A stretch of DNA of 64,000 nucleotides from an uncultured Bacteroidota bacterium (GCA_963808245.1 CAWEES010000002.1:824177-888176); one strand, 5' to 3'; shown: positions 1-10,782, counted from the stretch's first letter. Notes: generated from the sequence alone by a model not told the origin. Numbers and translations are program-made.

Positions 1-40
1 TGATGGACAAGAGTGGTATGAAACTCAGCGTGAATGGTTT

Positions 41-1354
41 CTAAATCCAGAGTCTCTTCTTAGCAAAGCAGGTCAGCTCTTCCCTGAATTTCGGATGGGC
101 AATGCTTATCAATGACTTCGCTCTTTCGCTGATTTTTTTACCGTGAAGGTTCACGACACCGAATTCGGTGGCGACGTAATGCACGTCACCCCGTGAAGTC
201 GTGACGCCCGCCCCTTCAGAGAGATGGACCGCGATCCTCGATATGGTTCCGTTCTTCGCCGTTGACGGAAGCGCAACGATAGGCTTGCCCCCTTCCGATC
301 TTCCCGCGCCGCGGATAAAATCCACCTGCCCGCCGAAGCCGCTATAAAAAGCGTAACCCATGGAATCGGCACAGACCTGACCCGTCAGGTCGATTTGAAG
401 TGCCGAATTTATCGCAACCATTTTTTTATTCTGGCTGATAATGAACGGATCGTTGACATAATGCGTCGGATGGAATTCCGCTATCGGGTTATTGTGGATG
501 AAATCGAAAAGTTTCCTGCTTCCGAGCACGAAACCCGCGACCATCTTACCGGGGTGAAGCGATTTCTTTTCGTTGTTTATTATTCCATTCTCAACGAGTT
601 TGATAACTCCATCCGAAAACATTTCAGAGTGAATACCAAGATCCTTCTTTCCTTCAAGGGACATCAAAACCGCCTCGGGTATTTTCCCGATACCAAGCTG
701 GAGTGTGGAACCGTCTTCGATGAGTCCCGAAATATTTTCGCCGATCTTCTTATAGACTTCTATTTCTTCTTTAGTCGTATCTGCCTCGATTTGAGGAAGC
801 TCGAGTATCGGCGCGTCGACTTCGACAACTTTATGGATTTTGCTGACATGGATGAAACTGTCGCCCAATGCCCGCGGCATGCCGTGATTCACCTGGGCAA
901 TAACGATTTTCGCCACATCCGTCGCGGATTTTGTTATATCGACTCCGACTCCGAAGCTGCAGAAGCCATGTTCGTCCGGAGGAGAAACATGGATCAACGC
1001 GACATCGATTTTTATTTCGCCGGTATAGAAAAGATTGGAAATCTCGGAAAGGAACACCGGGATATAATCTGCGCGTCCTTCATTTACGGCCTCACGCACA
1101 TTCTTACCGATGAACAACGCGGTATGCCTGAAGTGAGACGCCATTTCAGGTTCCGCATACTTTGCCTCTCCGACAGAAAGGACGTGGTAGACTTCGCAGT
1201 CGTGTAGTTCCGGGGCGCGTCCCACCATGGCATCAACCAGGATCCCGGGTACGGCGCATCCCGGGTGAAGATGAATCTTGTCGCCGGACTTTATCACCTT
1301 CACCGCTTCCTCGGCGGTCGTTATTCTGCTTCGATACGTGTCTATCCAGGCCAT
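41..1354 (-). CDS. Acetyl-CoA hydrolase/transferase family (4-hydroxybutyrate CoA-transferase-like)
   Basis: Motifs LQLGIG, DLGIHSEM, SGFGGQVDF, GAGVTTSRGDVHYVATEFG. Likely start is ATG 1354 (MAWID), overlapping the upstream stop as TAATG. Confidence 0.9.
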   Translation of the reverse strand: MAWIDTYRSRITTAEEAVKVIKSGDKIHLHPGCAVPGILVDAMVGRAPELHDCEVYHVLSVGEAKYAEPEMASHFRHTALFIGKNVREAVNEGRADYIPVFLSEISNLFYTGEIKIDVALIHVSPPDEHGFCSFGVGVDITKSATDVAKIVIAQVNHGMPRALGDSFIHVSKIHKVVEVDAPILELPQIEADTTKEEIEVYKKIGENISGLIEDGSTLQLGIGKIPEAVLMSLEGKKDLGIHSEMFSDGVIKLVENGIINNEKKSLHPGKMVAGFVLGSRKLFDFIHNNPIAEFHPTHYVNDPFIISQNKKMVAINSALQIDLTGQVCADSMGYAFYSGFGGQVDFIRGAGRSEGGKPIVALPSTAKNGTISRIAVHLSEGAGVTTSRGDVHYVATEFGVVNLHGKKISERAKSLISIAHPKFREELTCFAKKRLWI

Positions 1355-2493
1355 TAGACCAGCAACGGTTCTATCGGCATATATTTTTTTCCGAAAATCT
1401 TCGCCGCAGTTTCTTGCGTGAAGTTGCCGTCGAAAGCGCAAACCCCTTTCGCAAGTCCACGATTCCCCTTCAACGCATTTACAATCCCTTTCTGCGCAAT
1501 CTCGATGACATATTCCAAAATAGTATTTGTCAGTGCATAAGTCGCGGTCCTCGCGACTCCTCCCGTTATGTTCGGCACGCAATAGTGTACCACATCATGG
1601 AGTACAAAAACAGGATCCTGCAGCGTCGTCGGCCTGCTCGTCTCAACGCAGCCCCCCTGGTCTATGGAAATATCGACGATCACAGCTCCGGGCTTCATCG
1701 ACTTGACCATTTCTTCCGTTACAATATGCGGAGTACGTTCGCCTTTCATGGAAACCGCACCGATAAGAACATCGGCATAAGCAGTACTCTTCCTCACGTT
1801 TATCGGCGTTGCTAGTGCAGTTGTAACGCGCTTCGTTAGAAGCTGGTCGACATTTCTCAGATGTTTAACATCACGGTCAAGGACGATAACTTGCGCCCCA
1901 AGTCCGGCCGCGGTTCGTGCGGCTTCCGTTCCAACGACGCCCGCTCCAAGGATTACCACTGCCGCGGGGGCTACGCCGGGAGTTCCACCGAGAATTATTC
2001 CCCGCCCATTCCCGCGTGCAGGGTCCCCGACATTTCCCGTCTCAAGCAAACGGGCCGCAATAAAGATCGAAAGCTGCCCGGCAATCTCGCTCATCGAATG
2101 GACAACAGGCCTGTCACCATCATCCGTTTCGATAAACTCGTAGCCTATCATAGTTATCTTTTTCTGCAGGACCGATTCTATAAACTGCGGCCTGGCGACT
2201 GGAAGATTTAAAAAGCTGAAAGTTGTTTGGCCGCGTTCCATCATACCGAGCTCGTCCATCGTCGGGGCTTCGACGGAACAAATCATTTCGCACCGCCTGA
2301 AGGCTTCCTCTTTCGAATAGACTATAGTAGCGCCGGCTTTGCGATACGGCTCGTCTCCGAAGCGGCTTAATCTTCCCGCATGGGACTCCACATAAATCGA
2401 GTGCCCGAGCTGGGTCAATGTTGCAACCGCCGCCGGCGTCAGCGAGACCCGGTTCTCATGTTTCGCGAATTCGTTTGGGATACCGATGTTCAT
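1354..2493 (-). CDS. Alanine dehydrogenase-like (AlaDh/PNT family) protein with divergent active site
   Basis: MNIGIPNE..ENRVSLTP, MSEIAG, Rossmann GAGVVG, DISIDQGGCVETSRPTT, HYCVPN. Start taken at ATG 2493. Confidence 0.8.
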   Translation of the reverse strand: MNIGIPNEFAKHENRVSLTPAAVATLTQLGHSIYVESHAGRLSRFGDEPYRKAGATIVYSKEEAFRRCEMICSVEAPTMDELGMMERGQTTFSFLNLPVARPQFIESVLQKKITMIGYEFIETDDGDRPVVHSMSEIAGQLSIFIAARLLETGNVGDPARGNGRGIILGGTPGVAPAAVVILGAGVVGTEAARTAAGLGAQVIVLDRDVKHLRNVDQLLTKRVTTALATPINVRKSTAYADVLIGAVSMKGERTPHIVTEEMVKSMKPGAVIVDISIDQGGCVETSRPTTLQDPVFVLHDVVHYCVPNITGGVARTATYALTNTILEYVIEIAQKGIVNALKGNRGLAKGVCAFDGNFTQETAAKIFGKKYMPIEPLLV

Positions 2494-2514
2494 TTTTTTA
2501 CCAAATTGATAATG

Positions 2515-2566
2515 GTAGCAGCGGGCTTCAAACCTGCAAAGCCGCAACCATAAAGGTTGCGACTAC
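2515..2566. repeat. GTAG-type REP doublet (REPIN-like)
   Basis: GTAG followed by an imperfect hairpin on + (GTAGCAGCGGGCTTCAAACCTGC) and GTAG followed by a hairpin on - (GTAGTCGCAACCTTTATGGTTGCG), in inverted orientation. Confidence 0.55.
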
Positions 2567-3975
2567 CGTTGCAAATACACATGCATTGCTGCCGCGGACC
2601 TCTGGCCATCTTCCATCGCAAGGATCACCGTCGCGCCGCCGCGTGAAAGATCGCCGCCTGCAAAAACTCCCGGACGACTGGTCTGGCAATTCTTATCGAT
2701 TACGACCGTCCCGCGTTTCGACATATCAAGACCCGGCGTGGTCGATTGCAGTATTGGATTCGGGCGCTGGCCTATCGCGAGGATAACTGTGTCAACATCC
2801 ATGATGAAGTTGGAGTCTGGAATTACTACGGGCTTCCTTCTTCCCGATTCGTCCGGCTCGCCAAGCTGCATCTTGACGCACTCGATTGCCCTGACCCATT
2901 TGTTTTCACCGGCAATTATTCGAACGGGATTCGTCAGCATACGAAACTCTATTCCCTCCTCTTCGGCGTGGTGCACCTCCTCTTCGCGGGCAGGCATTTC
3001 TTCTTTGCTCCGCCGATATATAAGATAGGCCTTTTCGGTTCCGAGACGATTAGCGGTACGAACGGCATCCATCGCCGTGTTTCCACCGCCTATCACCGCA
3101 ACCCTCCTTCCGATCTTGACAGGAGTATCATATTCCGGGAATTTATATCCGTTCATGAAATTGACGCGGGTCAGGAACTCGCTCGCGGAAAAAACTCCGG
3201 GATAGTTCTCGCCGGGGATGCCGAGAAAAGTAGGAGTACCGGCTCCGGTCCCGAGAAATACCGCATCGAAGCCAAAATCGCTCATCAGCTCATCGACGGT
3301 CGACGTTCTTCCGATAACAAAGTTTGTAATAATTTCCACGCCAAGCTTCTTGATGTTTTCGATTTCCGCGTCGAGGATTGATTTAGGCAGACGAAATTCC
3401 GGAATCCCGTATCGCAGGACTCCACCGGCAGCGTGCAGGGCTTCGAAGATAGTGACGTTGTACCCGAGTTTTGCCAGCTCAGCTGCGCACGTTAAACCCG
3501 CAGGCCCCGAACCAACAATTGCGATCTTTTCTTTGCGCTTATGCTCGACGGTAAAACCGTTGAATGAATCATGCATCCTCTCGTAGTCAGCGACGTAGCG
3601 TTCCAGTTTTCCTATCGCGACCGGAAGATGTTTCTTGCCGATGGGACAAACCGCTTCGCATTGCGTCTCCTGTGGGCATACTCTCCCGGTTACCGCCGGC
3701 AAATAATTTTTCTCTTTTATTTTTCTCGCGGCTCCGAGATAATCCTTTTCAACGATCAACCGTATAAAACCCGGTATGTCTATTCCCACAGGACAACCAT
3801 CGACACAAAGTGGTTCCTTGCACTCGATGCAGCGGAGCATTTCCTGCGAAACAAGATTCTCATCGAAACCGAAGGAAACTTCCTCGAAGTTGTGCCTTCG
3901 AGCATTCGCGTCCTGTTCTATCGGAACCTGTCTCGGGATTTTCAATCTCTCGGAAGGTTTCAGCGTATTAGGCAT
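2563..3975 (-). CDS. nfnB: NfnB/SudA large subunit of electron-bifurcating transhydrogenase (GltD-like)
   Basis: CIEC...CVDGCP and GRVCP..QCEAVC Fe-S motifs, GSGPAG, GGGNTAMD. It sits next to an NfnA-like gene and no glutamate synthase large subunit is present. Confidence 0.85.
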   Translation of the reverse strand: MPNTLKPSERLKIPRQVPIEQDANARRHNFEEVSFGFDENLVSQEMLRCIECKEPLCVDGCPVGIDIPGFIRLIVEKDYLGAARKIKEKNYLPAVTGRVCPQETQCEAVCPIGKKHLPVAIGKLERYVADYERMHDSFNGFTVEHKRKEKIAIVGSGPAGLTCAAELAKLGYNVTIFEALHAAGGVLRYGIPEFRLPKSILDAEIENIKKLGVEIITNFVIGRTSTVDELMSDFGFDAVFLGTGAGTPTFLGIPGENYPGVFSASEFLTRVNFMNGYKFPEYDTPVKIGRRVAVIGGGNTAMDAVRTANRLGTEKAYLIYRRSKEEMPAREEEVHHAEEEGIEFRMLTNPVRIIAGENKWVRAIECVKMQLGEPDESGRRKPVVIPDSNFIMDVDTVILAIGQRPNPILQSTTPGLDMSKRGTVVIDKNCQTSRPGVFAGGDLSRGGATVILAMEDGQRSAAAMHVYLQR

Positions 3976-4885
3976 TCGCTGCCTCCTTCATACCCGATTT
4001 ACATTTAGTGGATGTTCTGTCTTGCTCTAAACTCGTCGGACCCGATGAATCCTTTTGGCTGAGCTCTTCCTCAAATCTCGCTAATGACAACTTTTCGGAA
4101 TCCATATAGCTTCGGTTCCTGGTGATGAGTTCGTCAAAGTCTACAATGTGCCCGTCGAATTCCGGGCCGTCGACACACGCAAACTTAGTTTCGTTCCCGA
4201 TCGAAACCCGGCAGGCCCCGCACATTCCGGTACCATCCATCATGATAGGATTCAAACTGACAAAAGTTTTGATGCCGACCGGCCTGGTAAAATCCGAAAC
4301 AGCTTTCATCATTATAATTGGCCCGATTGCATAAATAGCCTTGACACCAGAGTCCTTCTTCAGATACGCATCGAGCGCTCCCGTAACCAATCCTTTCGTT
4401 CCGTATGAGCCGTCGTCTGTCGTCACGAAAAATTCGTCGGATAGTTCCCGCAGCTCGCTTTCGAGTATCACCAAATCTTTTGTCCTCGCGCCGACTATCG
4501 TTACCAATTTATTTCCGGCTTTCTTCAAAGCCCTGGCTATCGGATAGACTTCTGCGGTTCCAACTCCGCCGCCGATGCAAACCACAGTTCCATAGTTATG
4601 AATCGGAGTCGGATTGCCGAGCGGCCCGGCGACATCTAAAAGGAAATCTCCTCTCTCCTGCATGCTCAAGAGCTTGGTAGTCTTCCCGATCGTCTGCACC
4701 ATTATAGTTATCGTGCCAGCTTCATGGTCCGAGTCCACGATCGTCAACGGGATTCGTTCGCCATGATCGTTAACTCGAAGGATTATAAAATTGCCGGCTT
4801 TATGTTTCTTTGCTACGTAAGGGGCTTTAATTACAAATTTTGTTATAGATTTCGCGGGAGTTTCCTTAGAGAGGATTTCAAACAT
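3968..4885 (-). CDS. nfnA: NfnA/SudB small subunit (FAD/NAD-binding, 2Fe-2S)
   Basis: GERIPLTI, GPLG, GGGVG, MMDGTGMCGACRV...FACVDGPEFDGH. Confidence 0.88.
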   Translation of the reverse strand: MFEILSKETPAKSITKFVIKAPYVAKKHKAGNFIILRVNDHGERIPLTIVDSDHEAGTITIMVQTIGKTTKLLSMQERGDFLLDVAGPLGNPTPIHNYGTVVCIGGGVGTAEVYPIARALKKAGNKLVTIVGARTKDLVILESELRELSDEFFVTTDDGSYGTKGLVTGALDAYLKKDSGVKAIYAIGPIIMMKAVSDFTRPVGIKTFVSLNPIMMDGTGMCGACRVSIGNETKFACVDGPEFDGHIVDFDELITRNRSYMDSEKLSLARFEEELSQKDSSGPTSLEQDRTSTKCKSGMKEAANA

Positions 4886-5175
4886 CAAATGACCTTTCCC
4901 CGAAGGGTTTCTTCGGATAAGTATGAAGTGGAGGTAGTTTCCTGGATGGCATCCAGATCACACACAGAGGCGGCACCTTTAAGGAATTCCACCTCGCGTT
5001 CCGTCTGCGGTTGGCGGGTAATAAAATATGAATAGGCAAATTCTACACAATCGAAGAAACCGGGTGCAGCACTTTTACACAATCCACACCCGTTACAATC
5101 TTCCGTTATATAGAATTCAGCCGGGGCTTCTTTCCGGTCATTCGAGACCTCCGACGAGGGTGTTCCTCCGAACAT
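4885..5175 (-). CDS. Single-cluster ferredoxin
   Basis: CNGCGLC...AP..F and a distal C(DL)DAI motif. SD AGGAGG lies 7 nt before the ATG. Confidence 0.8.
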   Translation of the reverse strand: MFGGTPSSEVSNDRKEAPAEFYITEDCNGCGLCKSAAPGFFDCVEFAYSYFITRQPQTEREVEFLKGAASVCDLDAIQETTSTSYLSEETLRGKVI

Positions 5176-5300
5176 ACATTATCCTCCTTTATTTCGTGAA
5201 AGCCGCTTTCATCCTGATAACCATTCGGCGCTCTCAATATCTCGATCATGAGCCACAGAATTATCATTCCTTCACTTGCTCCAATTATCAGCCAAACCAT
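5106..5300 (-). CDS. Small single-TM membrane protein (64 aa)
   Basis: GGAGG 5 nt before ATG 5300. Hydrophobic N-terminus MVWLIIGASEGMIILWLMIEIL, then RAPNGYQDESGFH. Overlaps the ferredoxin start. Confidence 0.5.
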   Translation of the reverse strand: MVWLIIGASEGMIILWLMIEILRAPNGYQDESGFHEIKEDNVCSEEHPRRRSRMTGKKPRLNSI

Positions 5301-5609
5301 CTCTTCCTCCATCACGTTTAGTTTCTTCACTACTCTAAGATCCTCATTCGAATCAACCATCATGAAGCTGGTACTATCTCAATCCCCTAAGGGGACAGGG
5401 TTGTCAATGACGACTGAAAGAACTCATATTTTTCATCGGATGATCGAGCCATCCACTTTAATATTCAGTCAATGGTTGTGCCGATTTGAACCGCTTTAAT
5501 CCACCTTTATGGAGTGCAATTTTGTTGAATAGGTCAATATTCCGCAAGAATTGGTGGCAAGTTTCCATTATTCATTGATTTTAAGGGGGCTTTTCTCAAT
5601 AAATCGTCT

Positions 5610-5636
5610 TTGGCAGTCGGACTGTTTGAGTGCTTG
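5610..5636 (+). promoter_or_regulatory. Degenerate upstream CIRCE (HrcA operator) overlapping the -35
   Basis: TTGGCAGTC-N9-GAGTGCTTG versus consensus TTAGCACTC-N9-GAGTGCTAA. Confidence 0.6.
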
Positions 5637-5662
5637 ACTTTTGAGCTCCCATGGGCTAGATT
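5634..5662 (+). promoter_or_regulatory. Sigma70-type promoter of groESL
   Basis: TTGACT-17 nt-TAGATT. Confidence 0.6.
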
Positions 5663-5687
5663 AGCACTCAGACTTAACAAGTGCTAA
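5661..5687 (+). promoter_or_regulatory. CIRCE element (HrcA operator)
   Basis: TTAGCACTC-AGACTTAAC-AAGTGCTAA directly upstream of groES. Confidence 0.92.
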
Positions 5688-5724
5688 TTAAACAAAAAAT
5701 GAATATTAAAAGGAGGGTTAATAA

Positions 5725-6009
5725 GTGAAGATTAAACCATTGGCAGACAGAGTTGTCGTAAAGCCGTTACCGGCTGAGGAGAAGACCAAGGGTGGACTCT
5801 TTGTTCCTGACACAGCGAAGGAACGCCCGCAGCAAGGCGAGATTGTTGCAGTCGGACCCGGAAGAGTAACCGACGAAGGAAAACAAATCCCGATTGAAGT
5901 AAAAGTCGGTGATAAGATTCTTTATGGAAAGTACTCGGGAACCGAAGTCAATTACGACGGAGTAGAGTACCTGATCATGCGCGAGAGCGACATTTTTGCA
6001 ATTATATAA
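5725..6009 (+). CDS. groES: Co-chaperonin GroES
   Basis: [31 protein letters not shown] precedes the GTG start. Confidence 0.98.
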   Translation: MKIKPLADRVVVKPLPAEEKTKGGLFVPDTAKERPQQGEIVAVGPGRVTDEGKQIPIEVKVGDKILYGKYSGTEVNYDGVEYLIMRESDIFAII

Positions 6010-6027
6010 AAATAAAAGGAGTGTTAA

Positions 6028-7656
<1,629 letters not shown>

Positions 7657-7680
7657 TCACACGCAAATAAGTACGTATAC

Positions 7681-7712
7681 AAAAAAGTCCCGCTTCAGCG
7701 GGACTTTTTTTT
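7681..7712. terminator. Bidirectional intrinsic terminator
   Basis: AAAAAAGTCCCGC-TTCA-GCGGGACTTTTTTTT between convergent genes. Confidence 0.9.
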
Positions 7713-7738
7713 GAGATAGATGCTTGTTAAGTGACGCG

Positions 7739-9868
7739 CTACTTAAGCAATACCATCTTCATTGTCCTGTCAAAATTTTTATTTATAAACCTGTAGAAAT
7801 ACACCCCGCTGGCGACCTCGACTCCGCCGGAATTTTTCCCGTTCCAAGTGACCTGGTAAGTCCCCGGCACATAGTTGTCGTTCGCAAGTACATCCACGAG
7901 CTGACCGATAGAGTTGTAGACGGATAAACTCACTCTCCCTGTAGTAGGCACTGAGAATTTTATAGTTGTGGAAGGGTTGAACGGGTTCGGATAGTTCTGT
8001 TCAAGTGCGAATGTGTGAGGAACCTGATCGGTGATCTGCTTCACCCCCGTTAGTGTTCCGATTGCTTTGGTCAGGAGCGCGAATGTGTATTTTGCATTGT
8101 GGACACCGTAACTGCCATCTTTGGAGATAAGAAGATAATCCCAGAGCGCCCCGAGCTGGTTTTGTGTAAGTCCCTTGCCGACAGTAGCGCTCGTCTGGTT
8201 CGCAAGAACGGAATCTGGGAGGAGCAATGCGACCTTACTCAACAATGCCTGGACTTCAGTTTGAACTCCAGGTACCGTACCTCCGTTGGCAATTCCCGCG
8301 TAGTCGTATGGTGCCTGCACCTGGTCGAAGTCGGTTATAGGTCCATGACAGGATTGACAGGCAGTAGTATTATCTGTCGTGTCTCCTGAGCTGTCCGGCC
8401 CGCTCATCTTCCATGTATGCCCTCCGAGAAGATTCATTGCTCTAAGGTCGACGCTGTCTGAAGCCATGTGGCACGTGACGCAAGCATCAGAAAGCTGGGT
8501 ATGCGTATTTTGACCGGCGATCGAGCTATCGCCAAACTGGTAACCATTCTCTCCAAAGAAAACATCCGTTTGAGGACCTTCATGCGGTCCAAATCTAGCA
8601 ATCCATCCTCCTTCGACCGACGCATTTGCGTCCGAGCGCGAGCGATGGCAATTCATGCAAAGTTCCCCAACACCTCCTCCGGATACCGCAAATCCATTTT
8701 CCAACGGATCAGCCGTCACTTTTCTAAGCTGGAACGGATTGGTTGCATCGTGAGGGTCATGGCACGATGCGCAAGTCAGAGGTATTCCGGCATAACTCGG
8801 CTGCAGCGAATTCCCGATTGCATAGTCTTCGAATCCCTCGCCGTTATGGCATCGAGCGCAAGTTGCGCTGCCGCTGTTTACCGTTGAAACCTCCGCTTGA
8901 ATCGCCGTCACACCGCTATCATGTGGGCTGCTTGTCCACATTCTTCCGATTGAATGGCCGGGGGGCGCATCGTGACACTGCATGCAGACTGAAGCGTTCA
9001 AGGAAACGGAAATCTTGGACGGATCGCCCCAGTGCTCGCTTCCCGGACCATGGCAGCTTTCACAGCCGATCGTTCCGAGCTGAGCGAGCTGCATTGATGA
9101 ATGGTACAAATGCGCAAAGTTAGTATCGACGAGTGTTGTTGGAAAAGTCCAGCCCGACTCAGACGCGACGGCCGCGAAGTTTCCATTCTGTGCTCCGGGA
9201 TTGTATCCAGTGGTGTGACACTTTATACAGTTCGAGGAATAATGAGAGCTGACCAATCCATTCACACCGTTCTTAAACATGGAGGCGTGTTCAGTTTGAA
9301 GCCAGTGAGAATAATCCGCAGTAGGATCAAATCCCAAACCGACCAACGCGCCCTGGTGGCAGGTTCCACATTCAGGAGCTACAGGAGATATTACTTTGCC
9401 GGTATTGTCTGATACCACACTGTCATTGCTAACTATTCCCATCGAACCAACCCCGACATAATCAGCGGAGTTCAACATAGCAGAAGCTTGCGATGTTCCA
9501 CCCGCAGTGGTAACAGAAACATTAATAGTATATTCACCTATCGTGTCCAACTTAATGGTTGTGAACGCTACTGATGGGCTATCTATCTGCGCATGGCCGC
9601 CCACCGGATCGATCACCGTCCAGCTTACACTTTGAATTGTTCCACCTGTCGAGTCGATCGCCCTAAGAAAGACAATTGTTTTCTCTCCCACGGTGCTCAA
9701 CCCCGTCGTGGCATACATCGAACTACCTGCGGACCCATACCTCTGCGTCAGGTCATACGGCGACATACCGACAATCATTACCCCCGCTCTAGGGGATACT
9801 GTCTGGGAAACCGCAAGCCCCGCATTCACACATATTACAGATAGACAAATCAGTAAATTCTTCCTCAT
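7739..9868 (-). CDS. Nonaheme c-type cytochrome with signal peptide and T9SS type-A C-terminal sorting domain
   Basis: Nine CxxCH motifs (CGTCH, CIKCH, CESCH, CMQCH, CARCH, CASCH, CMNCH, CVTCH, CQSCH), SYGVHN, and C-terminal EQNYPNPFNP...SGVYFY..KMVLLK. Confidence 0.9.
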   Translation of the reverse strand: MRKNLLICLSVICVNAGLAVSQTVSPRAGVMIVGMSPYDLTQRYGSAGSSMYATTGLSTVGEKTIVFLRAIDSTGGTIQSVSWTVIDPVGGHAQIDSPSVAFTTIKLDTIGEYTINVSVTTAGGTSQASAMLNSADYVGVGSMGIVSNDSVVSDNTGKVISPVAPECGTCHQGALVGLGFDPTADYSHWLQTEHASMFKNGVNGLVSSHYSSNCIKCHTTGYNPGAQNGNFAAVASESGWTFPTTLVDTNFAHLYHSSMQLAQLGTIGCESCHGPGSEHWGDPSKISVSLNASVCMQCHDAPPGHSIGRMWTSSPHDSGVTAIQAEVSTVNSGSATCARCHNGEGFEDYAIGNSLQPSYAGIPLTCASCHDPHDATNPFQLRKVTADPLENGFAVSGGGVGELCMNCHRSRSDANASVEGGWIARFGPHEGPQTDVFFGENGYQFGDSSIAGQNTHTQLSDACVTCHMASDSVDLRAMNLLGGHTWKMSGPDSSGDTTDNTTACQSCHGPITDFDQVQAPYDYAGIANGGTVPGVQTEVQALLSKVALLLPDSVLANQTSATVGKGLTQNQLGALWDYLLISKDGSYGVHNAKYTFALLTKAIGTLTGVKQITDQVPHTFALEQNYPNPFNPSTTIKFSVPTTGRVSLSVYNSIGQLVDVLANDNYVPGTYQVTWNGKNSGGVEVASGVYFYRFINKNFDRTMKMVLLK

Positions 9869-10016
9869 CGTCTCCGCTCCTTTTCATGACCAATAGCCGC
9901 TACCTTTTCAACAAAATATTACAAATAGAAAACGCCGCAGTGTAACCATTCGTTCCCTAACCTATTGAAGCTCTTGGAGTACGGGCAATGTTGTTGAGAA
10001 GATCACCAATATTGTA

Positions 10017-10400
10017 TCATGAAGGTTTTGTCTCGACTCTAATGAATCTGTGCAGGAATATTCCACATCCGCTGCCAACTGCCGCGATGACAAAAGTGAA
10101 TACTCCAAGCATAAGAATCGAGACGTAGGTGTTCGGGTGTATGGTGTCCGGCATACCGATGATATGCTTAATCAAATGGGCAAGCGGGAGACAAAACCAT
10201 GCGGTGATCGTGACGGGCCACGCACGCGAGCCCCAGACAACACCGGAGGCAGCAGTCGCAACAAACAACAAGGCGACAATTACGATTGGACTAACTTCAC
10301 CCCCAAATGCAAAATTGTCCACGGCAGATATAATTATTCCAAATGCAAGTCCGATGGCGGCCAGCGCCTGCCACCTAATTTGAGAATCGCTTTTGTTTAT
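10017..10400 (-). CDS. Small multi-pass membrane protein (start uncertain)
   Basis: Several hydrophobic segments. The frame stays open upstream of GTG 10322 to an ATA at 10400 that follows AGGAGG. Confidence 0.55.
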   Translation of the reverse strand: MNKSDSQIRWQALAAIGLAFGIIISAVDNFAFGGEVSPIVIVALLFVATAASGVVWGSRAWPVTITAWFCLPLAHLIKHIIGMPDTIHPNTYVSILMLGVFTFVIAAVGSGCGIFLHRFIRVETKPS

Positions 10401-10500
10401 GTTTACTCTCCTCCTTTCCTGTTATCGGACGGGACATCTTCGCCGGGTAATGTGGCGGGTCAAAGAAAACGAGGTACCCCTTCGTGCGGTTTACTTTCGT

Positions 10501-10782
10501 TTACAATAACAGTGACGTTTTTTCAGAGGCATCCTTCGAAGTAATCACTGTATGTACTTCGAAATCAACAATGTCTTTCCAGTTGTCCATCCATTGCTCA
10601 AGCAACTTTCGGTCACTTGTCTCCATGACCTGGTAGCAACAGGTCATCGATTCATTCACCCAGCTTGAAACATAGACTAACCCTTCCGGAGCAAGTCGTC
10701 CTTTGTCTCGAAAACGGCGATAGACCGGAACGGCATCTCCATTCTTATATCTTTCGATGATCATGTATATGGTTTTCTGCAC
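10501..10782 (-). CDS. DUF3303-like small protein
   Basis: YMIIERYKNGDAVPVYRRFRDKGR..PEGL.YVSSWV...CYQVME...W.DIVDFEV pattern. Confidence 0.7.
   Translation of the reverse strand: MQKTIYMIIERYKNGDAVPVYRRFRDKGRLAPEGLVYVSSWVNESMTCCYQVMETSDRKLLEQWMDNWKDIVDFEVHTVITSKDASEKTSLLL

Noticed and set aside
1355-1582. N-terminal extension of the 513-aa CoA-transferase ORF
   Set aside because: It overlaps the ald-like gene. The TAATG-coupled start at 1354 gives a normal family length.
2563-3975. Glutamate synthase small subunit
   Set aside because: No gltB is adjacent, and pairing with an NfnA/SudB-type gene indicates Nfn.
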